A stretch of DNA of 64,000 bases, from IMG/VR virus record IMGVR_UViG_3300035698_007281, positions 1 to 64,000 of that record; one strand, written 5' to 3'. A model generated the notes under the pieces. It searched no databases. It was not told the DNA's origin and saw only the letters and a program-made list of their open reading frames with translations. Of this stretch, positions 37,287-45,085 are shown one piece after another (within the stretch, counting starts at the first letter, position 1; every line of letters begins with the position of its first letter). The DNA comes from a virus. Made by a program: the position numbers and the translations under genes.

Positions 37287-38263
37287 CGGGCCTTCACCAT
37301 TTCCTTGGCGGCCCGGAAGGCGGTGGCCCGGAGTTTCGCACCGGACCCGAACCACGAATACGACAGGCGCTTGCCCGGATCCCGCCCGGCGAATTTGACG
37401 TGATCGACGTATTCGGTGGCGGCATTGTAGGCGGCCCAGAGAGTTCCTCGGGTTCCGTCCAGGGCGTTCCCCTTGCCGGTCTCGAAGAGTTCACCCATCT
37501 TGGCGCGGACGTTGGCCTTCGACTTGTAGGTGGCCTGTTTCTCCGGATCGTCTGGGATGATCTTCTCGAAGTACTCGGCGGCCGTGGAGGTGGTCAGGCC
37601 GAAGTCCCGCATCATCGAGTAACAACCTCCGGTAGTCTGGAAGGCCTTGGTGGCAATCCCCAGGATCTCGGCGGCGTTGGAGAACTGCCACGCGGTGTTC
37701 CCGGTGTGCCAGACACAGGCCTTGACACCGGCCGTCTGTACGGCGATGTTCAGGGTGTTCTGGCAGACGATCCGGATCGGGGTGAAGAAGATCCGGGCGG
37801 CCTCGGTCCCGTCGTGACAGTTGGAGATGGCGAGGTACTGCGCCACGCGGTCCTGGGACGTCACCTCGATCTCCCCAGGGAGTTTGGCCAGAATCCACAC
37901 CCGGCGGCCGTTGTGAAGGACACCGCCGGCGTGGTAGATGGCCTTCGACTCCCCGACGATCTTGTCCATCACGTCGAAGAGTTCGGAGGTCTGGATCGGG
38001 ACGTACTTTCCCTTGACCAACCCCAAGACGTTCTCACCGGTCGGCTTGTCGGTTCGCACCACGGCCCACCAGTTGGGGACCGGGATGGCGGCGTCACCCA
38101 GGCGGACCTGTTGTTTCTCGACCTCGAAACCCAGACCGGCGTTCTCGGCCAGGAACTCTCGGGTCATGGCCCCGTCGTGGGCTTGGCCCATTCCATGCCA
38201 AGGTGGGTTCCCTGAGTAAGCGATACTGGCGCGGCCGTTGATGACTTCGATCTCGTCTGACAT
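37283..38263 (-). CDS. DUF932 family phage/plasmid protein
   Basis: PWHG.G, VR.D....LG.V...Y...Q, N.HDG, RIVC.NTL, GTLW.AYNA.TEY.DH. Confidence 0.88.
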   Translation of the reverse strand: MSDEIEVINGRASIAYSGNPPWHGMGQAHDGAMTREFLAENAGLGFEVEKQQVRLGDAAIPVPNWWAVVRTDKPTGENVLGLVKGKYVPIQTSELFDVMDKIVGESKAIYHAGGVLHNGRRVWILAKLPGEIEVTSQDRVAQYLAISNCHDGTEAARIFFTPIRIVCQNTLNIAVQTAGVKACVWHTGNTAWQFSNAAEILGIATKAFQTTGGCYSMMRDFGLTTSTAAEYFEKIIPDDPEKQATYKSKANVRAKMGELFETGKGNALDGTRGTLWAAYNAATEYVDHVKFAGRDPGKRLSYSWFGSGAKLRATAFRAAKEMVKAR

Positions 38264-38317
38264 TTTGTGTTCTCCTTGTGGGTTCGTGTTGCTTTAGTTT
38301 ATCTTCCAGGGTAGGGA

Positions 38318-38764
38318 TCAGGTGAAGGTAATACCGATTTTTTTTGCGGCGGCCTCGTATCGCTTCCGAAGGCTGGCCCAGTTTTCGGCCAGGGGGCTTC
38401 GGTGGTAGTTGACCCACAAGTCGGCGGCCTTCACGGCCATGGCGTCCGGGTCGCCCATCAGGCGGTCGATGTAATCCAGGTAGATCTCCCCCTCTCGGCG
38501 AGACAGGTGATCCACCACCCGGCGGACATCGGGGCCGAGGGCGGCTTCCACATCGTCCAGGGTGGCCCCGGTGTCCTCGACCGTGTCGTGGACCAGGGCG
38601 GCCTGTTCCTGGAGTTCGTTGGGGTCTGCCAGGGCCATCAGAACTTTGAGGGGGTGGAGGATCTCTGGTAGTCCGGCTTTGTCCTTCCGGCCCCGGTGAG
38701 CCTCGGTGGCGAAGGCCAGGGCGGCGTCCAGGTGGGTCGGCCTCGGGAGGTCTTCGTATTTCAT
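38318..38764 (-). CDS. Stand-alone HD-domain hydrolase (RelA/SpoT-Mesh1-like)
   Basis: AH.G..DKAG.P.I.HP..V, AALVHDTVEDT, VK.AD. Confidence 0.85.
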   Translation of the reverse strand: MKYEDLPRPTHLDAALAFATEAHRGRKDKAGLPEILHPLKVLMALADPNELQEQAALVHDTVEDTGATLDDVEAALGPDVRRVVDHLSRREGEIYLDYIDRLMGDPDAMAVKAADLWVNYHRSPLAENWASLRKRYEAAAKKIGITFT

Positions 38765-38925
38765 GGTGAGTTCCTCAGGTCTCGGACCGCGCTCCAAATG
38801 AGGGCGACTCCGGCGATGATCATGGTCAGGAGGATGTGTTCGTTCTTCATCACCTCCTCGTGGGTGGAGGCGATAATCACGCCCCCACCCAGGAGAAGGA
38901 GAATCACTCTGGCGGTCCGGTTCAT
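38761..38925 (-). CDS. Small two-TM membrane protein (not in the ORF track)
   Basis: MNRTARVILLLLGGGVIIA...HILLTMIIAGVALIW; ATGA-coupled to the HD gene. Confidence 0.5.
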   Translation of the reverse strand: MNRTARVILLLLGGGVIIASTHEEVMKNEHILLTMIIAGVALIWSAVRDLRNSP

Positions 38926-38926
38926 G

Positions 38927-39115
38927 TCACTTCGCCTTTCCGGCCTGGACGTTCAGGGCGGCGGCCAGGGCCTTGGCCTCGGCGGCGTCCAGGTAGTCCA
39001 CGGCCACTTCGGTGTCGGGACTGTCGTCGCGGTAGTGGCGAGTGACGGACAGGCGGATTCCCAGGCCCAGTTCGTTCCGGGTTTCGATGGTGTGGTAGGC
39101 GAGGCGGATTTTCAT
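38927..39115 (-). CDS. Small early hypothetical protein
   Basis: AAGGAG RBS. Confidence 0.6.
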   Translation of the reverse strand: MKIRLAYHTIETRNELGLGIRLSVTRHYRDDSPDTEVAVDYLDAAEAKALAAALNVQAGKAK

Positions 39116-39153
39116 GGTGGTCTCCTTGCAGCGGGTTAGGGGTTGGGGGTTGG

Positions 39154-39393
39154 TTACTCCGACGCCTTCTCGTCCCGGATCTCCTGGGCGGCCTGGATCA
39201 ACTTCCGGCCGATCAGTTCAGCATCGTCCACCGACAGGGCCGAGACGGATTCGATGCTTCCGGCGGTCAGCGCCAACAACTGGACGGTGAGGCCTTCGCC
39301 GAGAACGTCGGCTTCGGTGTAGCGGGAAACCTCGATGGCGTCGGAGTCATCCAGGCCTAGTCTGATCAGGGTCTTTTTCGTTCGGGTCTTCAT
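39154..39393 (-). CDS. Small early hypothetical protein
   Basis: After a promoter cassette. Confidence 0.6.
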   Translation of the reverse strand: MKTRTKKTLIRLGLDDSDAIEVSRYTEADVLGEGLTVQLLALTAGSIESVSALSVDDAELIGRKLIQAAQEIRDEKASE

Positions 39394-39442
39394 GGTCTCG
39401 GTTCCTTGGTTGGGGGTTCGTGTTGTTTGCTTCACTGAACAC

Positions 39443-39471
39443 AGTATCGGTCAGGCCCAACCATTTGTCAA
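39443..39471 (-). promoter_or_regulatory. Repeated early sigma70 promoter
   Basis: TTGACA-17-GATACT plus leader. Confidence 0.8.
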
Positions 39472-39854
39472 GAGGAAAAACAAAATAATTTCGAGGCCTC
39501 CAGAATGGAGTCGATCCGTTGGGCCAAGTAGGACCGGCCGTTTGGGAGAAGTTCTTCCCGGAGGATGGCCAGGGTCTCCGGGTCACCGTGGGCCATTCGG
39601 TCACAACGCTCCTTGGCCCAGGCGTCGGAGTCGGCGGCGATGACCAGGGCGTTGGCCTTGGACCGGTACTGGATCGCCTCGGCCAAGGAGGCCACGCTGG
39701 GGGCCTCTGGGGACTCTCCGTTGAGGGTGGCGGCCGCCTGGGCCATTTGGAGGACTTCGGCGATCTGGGGGCCGTTCAGGCCCAGTTCCTTGGCGGCGTG
39801 GGCCAGGAGTCTCTGGCCCATGATGTCGAGGTTGTCGGGGGTGATCATGTTCAC
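39468..39854 (-). CDS. Early hypothetical protein
   Basis: 128 aa; its 3' end runs into the next promoter. Confidence 0.55.
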   Translation of the reverse strand: MNMITPDNLDIMGQRLLAHAAKELGLNGPQIAEVLQMAQAAATLNGESPEAPSVASLAEAIQYRSKANALVIAADSDAWAKERCDRMAHGDPETLAILREELLPNGRSYLAQRIDSILEASKLFCFSS

Positions 39855-40159
39855 ACCCCCCAGGCCGAGACGGCCCAGGACGAGTCCGCTTCCAGGTTCA
39901 CGCCCATGGCCTTGATCTTCTCGACGGCGGCCTGGAGGTTGGCTTGGAGGGGGGTGGAGTAGTTACCCGACTCCCCGGCCAGGATCGAGGAACCGATGGT
40001 CACACACACGGCCCATTCGTAGATGCCTTCCCAGACCAGGATGGGGTGGTCGTATTCGGCCTCGGTGATCCTGGGTGGGTCTTCGTCCGGGAACAACTCG
40101 ACTACGGCGTCCCGGAGGATGATGAGGGCTTTGATCTTCTTGACGTTGTCGGTGATCAT
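39851..40159 (-). CDS. Early hypothetical protein
   Basis: 102 aa. Confidence 0.6.
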   Translation of the reverse strand: MITDNVKKIKALIILRDAVVELFPDEDPPRITEAEYDHPILVWEGIYEWAVCVTIGSSILAGESGNYSTPLQANLQAAVEKIKAMGVNLEADSSWAVSAWGV

Positions 40160-40174
40160 GGTGTGTCCCTTTCG

Positions 40175-40411
40175 TTACCGGTAGGAGGGGTCGTCGTAGT
40201 ACAGATCCGTGATGTTGTTGCAGCGGTCCCAGGTGATCCCGTGGTTGGTGACCTGTCCGCCTCTGGCGAGGCCGCCCCGGCGGGGGGTCCATCCCTGGGC
40301 TTCCTTCAGTTCGATGTAGGCGTCCTTGGCGTCTACCATCGTGACCTCTTCCGGGCCGATGCCCTTGGCCTTCAGTTTCTCACAGACCATCGTGTTCGTG
40401 ATGCGTTTCAT
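40175..40411 (-). CDS. Early hypothetical protein
   Basis: 78 aa following a hairpin-RBS. Confidence 0.55.
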   Translation of the reverse strand: MKRITNTMVCEKLKAKGIGPEEVTMVDAKDAYIELKEAQGWTPRRGGLARGGQVTNHGITWDRCNNITDLYYDDPSYR

Positions 40412-40464
40412 GATTGTGTCCCTTCCCTCCCCCCCCCGGAGGGGGAGGGGTTGGTGGTGGTTGG

Positions 40465-40707
40465 TTAGGCGGCGATTGCCTTAGCAAGATATTTGAAGTA
40501 GTGCATCACGTTCCCGTTCATGTAGTCGATCTTGACGATGGTCGTCTTGATCTTCTTCTGTTCGTTGGCGGGGGCGCTGATCATGGCGTCGATCAGGATG
40601 GCGACCGGCATGATGTTGAGGCCGGAGGGGCCTTCGATTTCCATCAGGGCCTCGGTGTCGATGTTCTTCTCGGCAACAAACGTTTTGATCCAGGTTTTGA
40701 AGTTCAT
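40465..40707 (-). CDS. Early hypothetical protein
   Basis: MNFKTWIKTFVAEK...; after a promoter. Confidence 0.65.
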   Translation of the reverse strand: MNFKTWIKTFVAEKNIDTEALMEIEGPSGLNIMPVAILIDAMISAPANEQKKIKTTIVKIDYMNGNVMHYFKYLAKAIAA

Positions 40708-40764
40708 GGTGAGGCCTTTCGGTTGGGTGCTTTGCTTGGTTGTGTTCGTGTTGCTCATGTAGGT

Positions 40765-40793
40765 ATAGTACACCACACCCAACCTTTTGTCAA
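40765..40793 (-). promoter_or_regulatory. Early sigma70 promoter (second leader type, ACATGAGCA)
   Basis: TTGACA-17-TACTAT. Confidence 0.8.
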
Positions 40794-40801
40794 GGGGAAA
40801 A

Positions 40802-41056
40802 TCAAAATAATTTCGCGGCCCATTTATCGAGGATCGAGCGTAGGGCGATTGACTGGTCGGCCTCGACCGACAGGCCGAAGATGTGGCCGGTTCGGGCGAC
40901 GTATTCGGTGGCGTCGGCCTGGAAAATCTGACCCCGGAACGCGAAGGCCAGGATCTCCCGATCCTCGACAATGGTGGCCACTGGATTTTTGATCTCGGAC
41001 CTCAGGGCCTCGACGGCGTCGGCCCCTGCCTTCAGTAGTTGTTCGGTCAGGTTCAT
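40802..41056 (-). CDS. Early hypothetical protein
   Basis: 84 aa following a hairpin-RBS. Confidence 0.6.
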   Translation of the reverse strand: MNLTEQLLKAGADAVEALRSEIKNPVATIVEDREILAFAFRGQIFQADATEYVARTGHIFGLSVEADQSIALRSILDKWAAKLF

Positions 41057-41105
41057 CGGAGGGTCTCCTCCCCGCCCCCCGGAGGGGGAGGGGTTGGCTT
41101 GGGGT

Positions 41106-41372
41106 TTAGGCGGTCAAGGCGGCCCTGGTCCTATCCTCGTAGGCCTGGACCTCCGAGTCCAGGAACTTCGGGTCGGCCTGTTCCACGGTGGCCCTGTAGA
41201 TCGCGTAGGCTTCCTTGGCCAGGACTTCCAGTTCCTTGACCGTCTTCCGGCGGTAGTTGGTGGTGGTCTCGATGGCGGCAGCCTTGCCGACAACACCACA
41301 TCTCGACATCTGGATCTGGGTGATGAGGTCTGTCTTCCGGCTTCTCTCGGCGATGTTGTTTCCAAATGCCAT
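41106..41372 (-). CDS. Early hypothetical protein
   Basis: MAFGNNIAER... Confidence 0.6.
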   Translation of the reverse strand: MAFGNNIAERSRKTDLITQIQMSRCGVVGKAAAIETTTNYRRKTVKELEVLAKEAYAIYRATVEQADPKFLDSEVQAYEDRTRAALTA

Positions 41373-41426
41373 GTCTGTCCCTTTCGTCTCGTGGTTACGT
41401 GTTCGGTTGTTTACTTCACTGAGAGT

Positions 41427-41455
41427 ATTATCGGCGAGGGTGGTTCGTTTGTCAA
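41427..41455 (-). promoter_or_regulatory. Repeated early sigma70 promoter
   Basis: TTGACA-17-GATAAT; about 58 nt match the 17.97-18.02 kb copy with 2 mismatches. Confidence 0.85.
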
Positions 41456-41481
41456 GGATAAAATCAGAAAAACTTTCCGGC

Positions 41482-41745
41482 CTAGAACTCCAAGGCCTGG
41501 AGGCCCAGTTCGTCGGCCGACATCCCGACGGTATCGAGTTGCGGCTTCCCGCCCCAGTACACGTCCGACATCTGGCCACGGCCCTGGGCCATCCGGACGA
41601 TCACGTCGGTGACCTGGACGGTGGGATCCTCGTTGAACTTCGAGGAGGACAGGTAACGGATCAAGTCGTCGTGATTCTCGCGGTTGGCTTCCAACATCTC
41701 AGTGAGGCGGACGACCTGGGCTTCCAGTTTCTTGATGTGGTTCAT
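41482..41745 (-). CDS. Early hypothetical protein downstream of the structured RNA
   Basis: MNHIKKLEAQ...YLSSSKF..D.TVQV.DV. Confidence 0.6.
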   Translation of the reverse strand: MNHIKKLEAQVVRLTEMLEANRENHDDLIRYLSSSKFNEDPTVQVTDVIVRMAQGRGQMSDVYWGGKPQLDTVGMSADELGLQALEF

Positions 41746-41774
41746 GGTGAGGCCTTTCCGGTTGGGGTTGGTTT

Positions 41775-42064
41775 CGGTTGTCATCGACGAGCGGTGATAT
41801 TGTCCCGTGTCGGGTCTTGTCCGGCGGGCCGCCTGGGCGGTTCTTATCACTATCCGTTTGGACCGGCGCGACGTTGTTATCGCGTCACCTTCGCCGATGG
41901 TTTGTGACACACCGCCGGGCGTCTCTCTGAGACTACCTCTGCCTTTCGCGGACAGAACTCCGGATGGGTGAGAACCTGGGTCTTCTCGGCTGTCTACTGG
42001 CCTTGCCCTTGCGGTCACCTTCCCGGCGGTGTGTCGTATTCGGTTGTCAATACGTCATTCATCT
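41775..42064 (-). ncRNA. Candidate structured ncRNA or long 5' leader with two multibranch domains
   Basis: Starts just after the promoter at 42071-42099; perfect 14-bp inverted repeat 41906-41919/42022-42035; second closing stem 41782-41797/41885-41899; several internal hairpins. Confidence 0.65.
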
Positions 42065-42070
42065 ACAAAC

Positions 42071-42099
42071 ATTATCGGCCAAGGTGGATCATTTGTCAA
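42071..42099 (-). promoter_or_regulatory. Early sigma70 promoter driving the structured RNA
   Basis: TTGACA-17-GATAAT. Confidence 0.85.
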
Positions 42100-42127
42100 G
42101 AGGAAAATAAGAAAAACTTCGGCCCAT

Positions 42128-42161
42128 AGAAAAGGCCCCCCGGTTGGCGGCCGGAAGGCCT
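42128..42161 (-). terminator. Rho-independent terminator
   Basis: GGCCTTCCGG-loop-CCGGGGGGCC followed by TTTTCT. Confidence 0.65.
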
Positions 42162-42181
42162 GGGGCGCTGAGTTGGTTTTC

Positions 42182-42571
42182 TCAATCGTCCGAGATCTCC
42201 AGGGTGAGTTGGAGTTCGTCCAGGAGGGCCTGGGTCAGGGGGTCGAGGAACGCCCCGTTGAGATCTTCGGCGGCCATGGCGGACTCCAAACCATCGTTGG
42301 ACGGGACCCCGTTGTATCGGTAGTGGACGCCCTCGGGGAGATCCTGTTCCCCGTCGGTCGGCCAGTCGTCGAAGTCGGTTGGGTCGGCGTCGTGCATGAT
42401 CTCGTCAATCACGCACTCGTAGGCCTCCTCCCAGGTCGAGGCCCGGACGATCCCCAGGACCCCCAGGGGTTCCCGGTAGATCCACAGGGGGCCGAACCCC
42501 GCGTCCCAGATCCGGATGGGGGAACCGAAGCGCGTCTTCGCTCCGCTGAGACTCTGGTCGTCGGCGATCAC
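42182..42571 (-). CDS. Early hypothetical protein (acidic)
   Basis: 129 aa; GAGGAGG RBS; GTGA coupling. Confidence 0.6.
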   Translation of the reverse strand: MIADDQSLSGAKTRFGSPIRIWDAGFGPLWIYREPLGVLGIVRASTWEEAYECVIDEIMHDADPTDFDDWPTDGEQDLPEGVHYRYNGVPSNDGLESAMAAEDLNGAFLDPLTQALLDELQLTLEISDD

Positions 42572-42843
42572 TTGGACACCTCCTCGGCGCGTTCGGCCTG
42601 GGAGTCGTACACGGCCACGTCACCCAGGAACATCCGGGCGGTCGAGATGAAGAACCACGACATCCCGATGGTCTCGATCACGTCCCAGGTGGTCAACCAC
42701 TCGGGGACACAATCAGCGATGGCGGCGATGACCATGATGACCAGGGCCAGGACACCGATCCCGCCCAGGACTCCGGCGATCATACCCATGATCATCCGGT
42801 CGTTCCGGCTTTCCTTGTTGATGCTGATCTCGATTCGCTTCAT
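42568..42843 (-). CDS. Small membrane protein
   Basis: Two hydrophobic segments. Confidence 0.55.
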   Translation of the reverse strand: MKRIEISINKESRNDRMIMGMIAGVLGGIGVLALVIMVIAAIADCVPEWLTTWDVIETIGMSWFFISTARMFLGDVAVYDSQAERAEEVSK

Positions 42844-42865
42844 GCTGCACGTCCCTTTCCGGGGG

Positions 42866-43036
42866 TTAGATATTCGAGTCGGCCAGGATGGCCTTCTCTT
42901 CGGTGGTGAGGGCGAGGTCCAGGTCGCGGCCCTTGCACTCGGGGCAACCGTTGATCCGTGCGTTCTGGACGGCCTTCAGGTTCTGGAAGGTTCGGCCACA
43001 GGCCAGGCATTCGTAGCGGGCGGTCTTTTGAGTCAT
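42866..43036 (-). CDS. Small Zn-ribbon protein
   Basis: YECLACG...CPECKG. Confidence 0.6.
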   Translation of the reverse strand: MTQKTARYECLACGRTFQNLKAVQNARINGCPECKGRDLDLALTTEEKAILADSNI

Positions 43037-43126
43037 GATTTTTTCCTTGGAAAATCTTTGTGCGACACTTGGTTCGTGCGACAATTCCCCGCCCCCCTCC
43101 AAGGAGGGCGGGGTCCGGCGGTTGAT

Positions 43127-43588
43127 TCAACCGTTGGCCAGATCCTCCAGGGAGGTCAGGGTCGTCCGGCGGTAGCCACAGGCCTCCATGGATCGGGCGG
43201 TCCGTTCGGCCTCTTCCAGGCCCTGGCGGGTGACGGCGGCTTCGGGAGCGCCCTGGTCGTGGTCGGCCCCACAGACGATGTAGGCGTCCTTGACGGCCAC
43301 GGCCCGGCCGCCGAAGACCAGGAGGGCCACGAGGCGGTCCAGGTCTTCGATGTGGCGGCCGGGCGGGGCGATGGCGAACCGGGCGAGAACCTTACCCGGC
43401 CCGGCGGACATTCGGACCCGAACCTCGAACATCACGCCGGTGTTCCGGATCTCGTGGAGATCTGAGTAACCGGTCCCATTGTCATCGGGGCGGATGATGC
43501 TGATGTCGGTGGAGGCCTTGGCGACGGCGGCCAGGAGGGTGTTCCAGGCGGTGGCTTTGATGGTCTGGATCATTTCTTCGGTGGTCAT
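43127..43588 (-). CDS. Early hypothetical protein
   Basis: MTTEEMIQ... Confidence 0.6.
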   Translation of the reverse strand: MTTEEMIQTIKATAWNTLLAAVAKASTDISIIRPDDNGTGYSDLHEIRNTGVMFEVRVRMSAGPGKVLARFAIAPPGRHIEDLDRLVALLVFGGRAVAVKDAYIVCGADHDQGAPEAAVTRQGLEEAERTARSMEACGYRRTTLTSLEDLANG

Positions 43589-43599
43589 GGTCTTGTCCC

Positions 43600-43731
43600 T
43601 TAGGCGGCCTTGTGGGCCTTGTACCAGATCGCGGCGAGTTCTCGGATGCCCGTGCATCCGGGAAGATTCGTGCTTTGGTTCTCTCGGAGAAACTTGTAGA
43701 GGTCGGCTTCGTGCCTTGCCTTGCTCGTCAT
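43600..43731 (-). CDS. 43-aa early peptide (not in the ORF track)
   Basis: MTSKARHEADLYKFLRENQ...; first ORF after a promoter. Confidence 0.4.
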   Translation of the reverse strand: MTSKARHEADLYKFLRENQSTNLPGCTGIRELAAIWYKAHKAA

Positions 43732-43761
43732 CGCTTTGTTCTGTTCGTTGCTCATGTATGT

Positions 43762-43790
43762 ATAATACGCTCGCCACAAACAAAAGTCAA
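43762..43790 (-). promoter_or_regulatory. Early sigma70 promoter (ACATGAGCA leader)
   Basis: TTGACT-17-TATTAT. Confidence 0.75.
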
Positions 43791-43817
43791 CAAGAAAATC
43801 AGAAAAACTTTCCGGGC

Positions 43818-43850
43818 GAAAAATCCCCCTCCCCGGAGGGAGGAGGATCC
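43818..43850 (-). terminator. Rho-independent terminator
   Basis: ATCCTCCTCCC-TCCG-GGGAGGGGGAT followed by TTTT. Confidence 0.65.
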
Positions 43851-43860
43851 CGGCGGCTTC

Positions 43861-44280
43861 TTACGGCCCGGCCGGTCCGGCGCGGTAACCGGCGGCCTTG
43901 ATCCGAAGGTAGTTCCGGCCGGTCCGTTCCATGATGGCGGGGACGGTGGCGGTGAAGTGGATGATCGCGGCCTTGACCCGGTCGAAGTCTCTGGTTCGGA
44001 TGATGGCGTCGATGGGATTCCGCCAGTCGATCTTGTTCTCGACCATCTCGAAGGCGGCGGTCAGTTGGACCTGGGTGTACTCTCGGAGGGAGGCCTTGAT
44101 CTCCTTGGAGGTCATCGGGAGATCCCGGTCATCGGCCGAGAGGTCACGGGCCATCACACTGAACGTTCCGAAGACGGTCTGGACTCTGGCGAGTCTGGGC
44201 GACACCATCTCGATGATCCGGCCGAAGGCTTCTTGGTTGTACGTGGCGAGGAAGAATTTCACTCGGCCGTTGATCTTCAT
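43861..44280 (-). CDS. Early hypothetical protein
   Basis: DWRNPIDA...AIIHFTAT...AAGYRAGP. Confidence 0.65.
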   Translation of the reverse strand: MKINGRVKFFLATYNQEAFGRIIEMVSPRLARVQTVFGTFSVMARDLSADDRDLPMTSKEIKASLREYTQVQLTAAFEMVENKIDWRNPIDAIIRTRDFDRVKAAIIHFTATVPAIMERTGRNYLRIKAAGYRAGPAGP

Positions 44281-44332
44281 GGTCTGGTTCCTTGTTGAGG
44301 TTCCGCGTTCGGGTTTGTGCTTCACTGAGAGT

Positions 44333-44361
44333 ATTATCGGCGAGGGCGGATCATTTGTCAA
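44333..44361 (-). promoter_or_regulatory. Repeated early sigma70 promoter
   Basis: TTGACA-17-GATAAT plus CAGTGAAGCAC leader. Confidence 0.85.
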
Positions 44362-44393
44362 GGGGAAAATCAGAAAAACTTTCGGGCCTGTTT

Positions 44394-44570
44394 TTACATG
44401 GTCCCGATGAAGTAGCCGTCCTCGTCGAACACCTCGATGGTGGCGGTCTTCCCGGAGGGCGACCCCTTGACGCGGTAGTCCCAGTCCGGGTCCTCGATGT
44501 TCAGGCACTCACCGTGGTTCTCGGCCTTGGCGGTGGGGAAGACGGTGGGGGGTTCTTCATTGAGTTTCAT
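44394..44570 (-). CDS. 58-aa early protein (not in the ORF track)
   Basis: MKLNEEP...DPDWDYRV...IEVFDEDGYFIGTM; AAGGA RBS. Confidence 0.55.
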   Translation of the reverse strand: MKLNEEPPTVFPTAKAENHGECLNIEDPDWDYRVKGSPSGKTATIEVFDEDGYFIGTM

Positions 44571-44593
44571 GGCCTTGGTTCCTTATCTAGGGG

Positions 44594-44956
44594 TTACAGG
44601 TTCTCTACGTGGGTGATGAACTCCTCGGCCGTGTCGAGGCCGAAGTGATTGTTGACCGTCCAGATGTGGAGGCGCTTCACGAAGTCTACCACCTTGGCCC
44701 GGTCGTGACTGGCCAGGAACTTCTGGACCTTGCCAACCAAGTCCACCTTCGTCTTGGTGATGGCCAGGGCAACCTTGGCGGCCGGGCGAAGGGCCTTGGC
44801 CACGCACTCGGACCCCAGGACTCTCTGGGCGTTGGTGTCAAGGTTCTCGACGTGGTGATGCCAACGGATCTTGGTCCCACAGGCATCACAGAAACCCTGG
44901 CCGCCGTCTTCTACGCCAAGGAGTCGTTCGTTTGTCTTGGTCTCGTTAGTGTTCAT
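44594..44956 (-). CDS. Early hypothetical protein (Zn-binding)
   Basis: CDACG..I.......GSECV. Confidence 0.65.
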   Translation of the reverse strand: MNTNETKTNERLLGVEDGGQGFCDACGTKIRWHHHVENLDTNAQRVLGSECVAKALRPAAKVALAITKTKVDLVGKVQKFLASHDRAKVVDFVKRLHIWTVNNHFGLDTAEEFITHVENL

Positions 44957-44997
44957 GGCCTTGGTTCCTTGTTGGGGGTTCGTGCTTCACTGAAAGC

Positions 44998-45026
44998 ATT
45001 ATCGGCCAGGGGTAACCATTTGTCAA
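44998..45026 (-). promoter_or_regulatory. Repeated early sigma70 promoter
   Basis: TTGACA-17-GATAAT plus leader. Confidence 0.85.
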
Positions 45027-45085
45027 GAGGAAAACCAGAAAAACTTTCCGAGAAAGAAATGATGGGACACTTGGTATTGTGGGCG

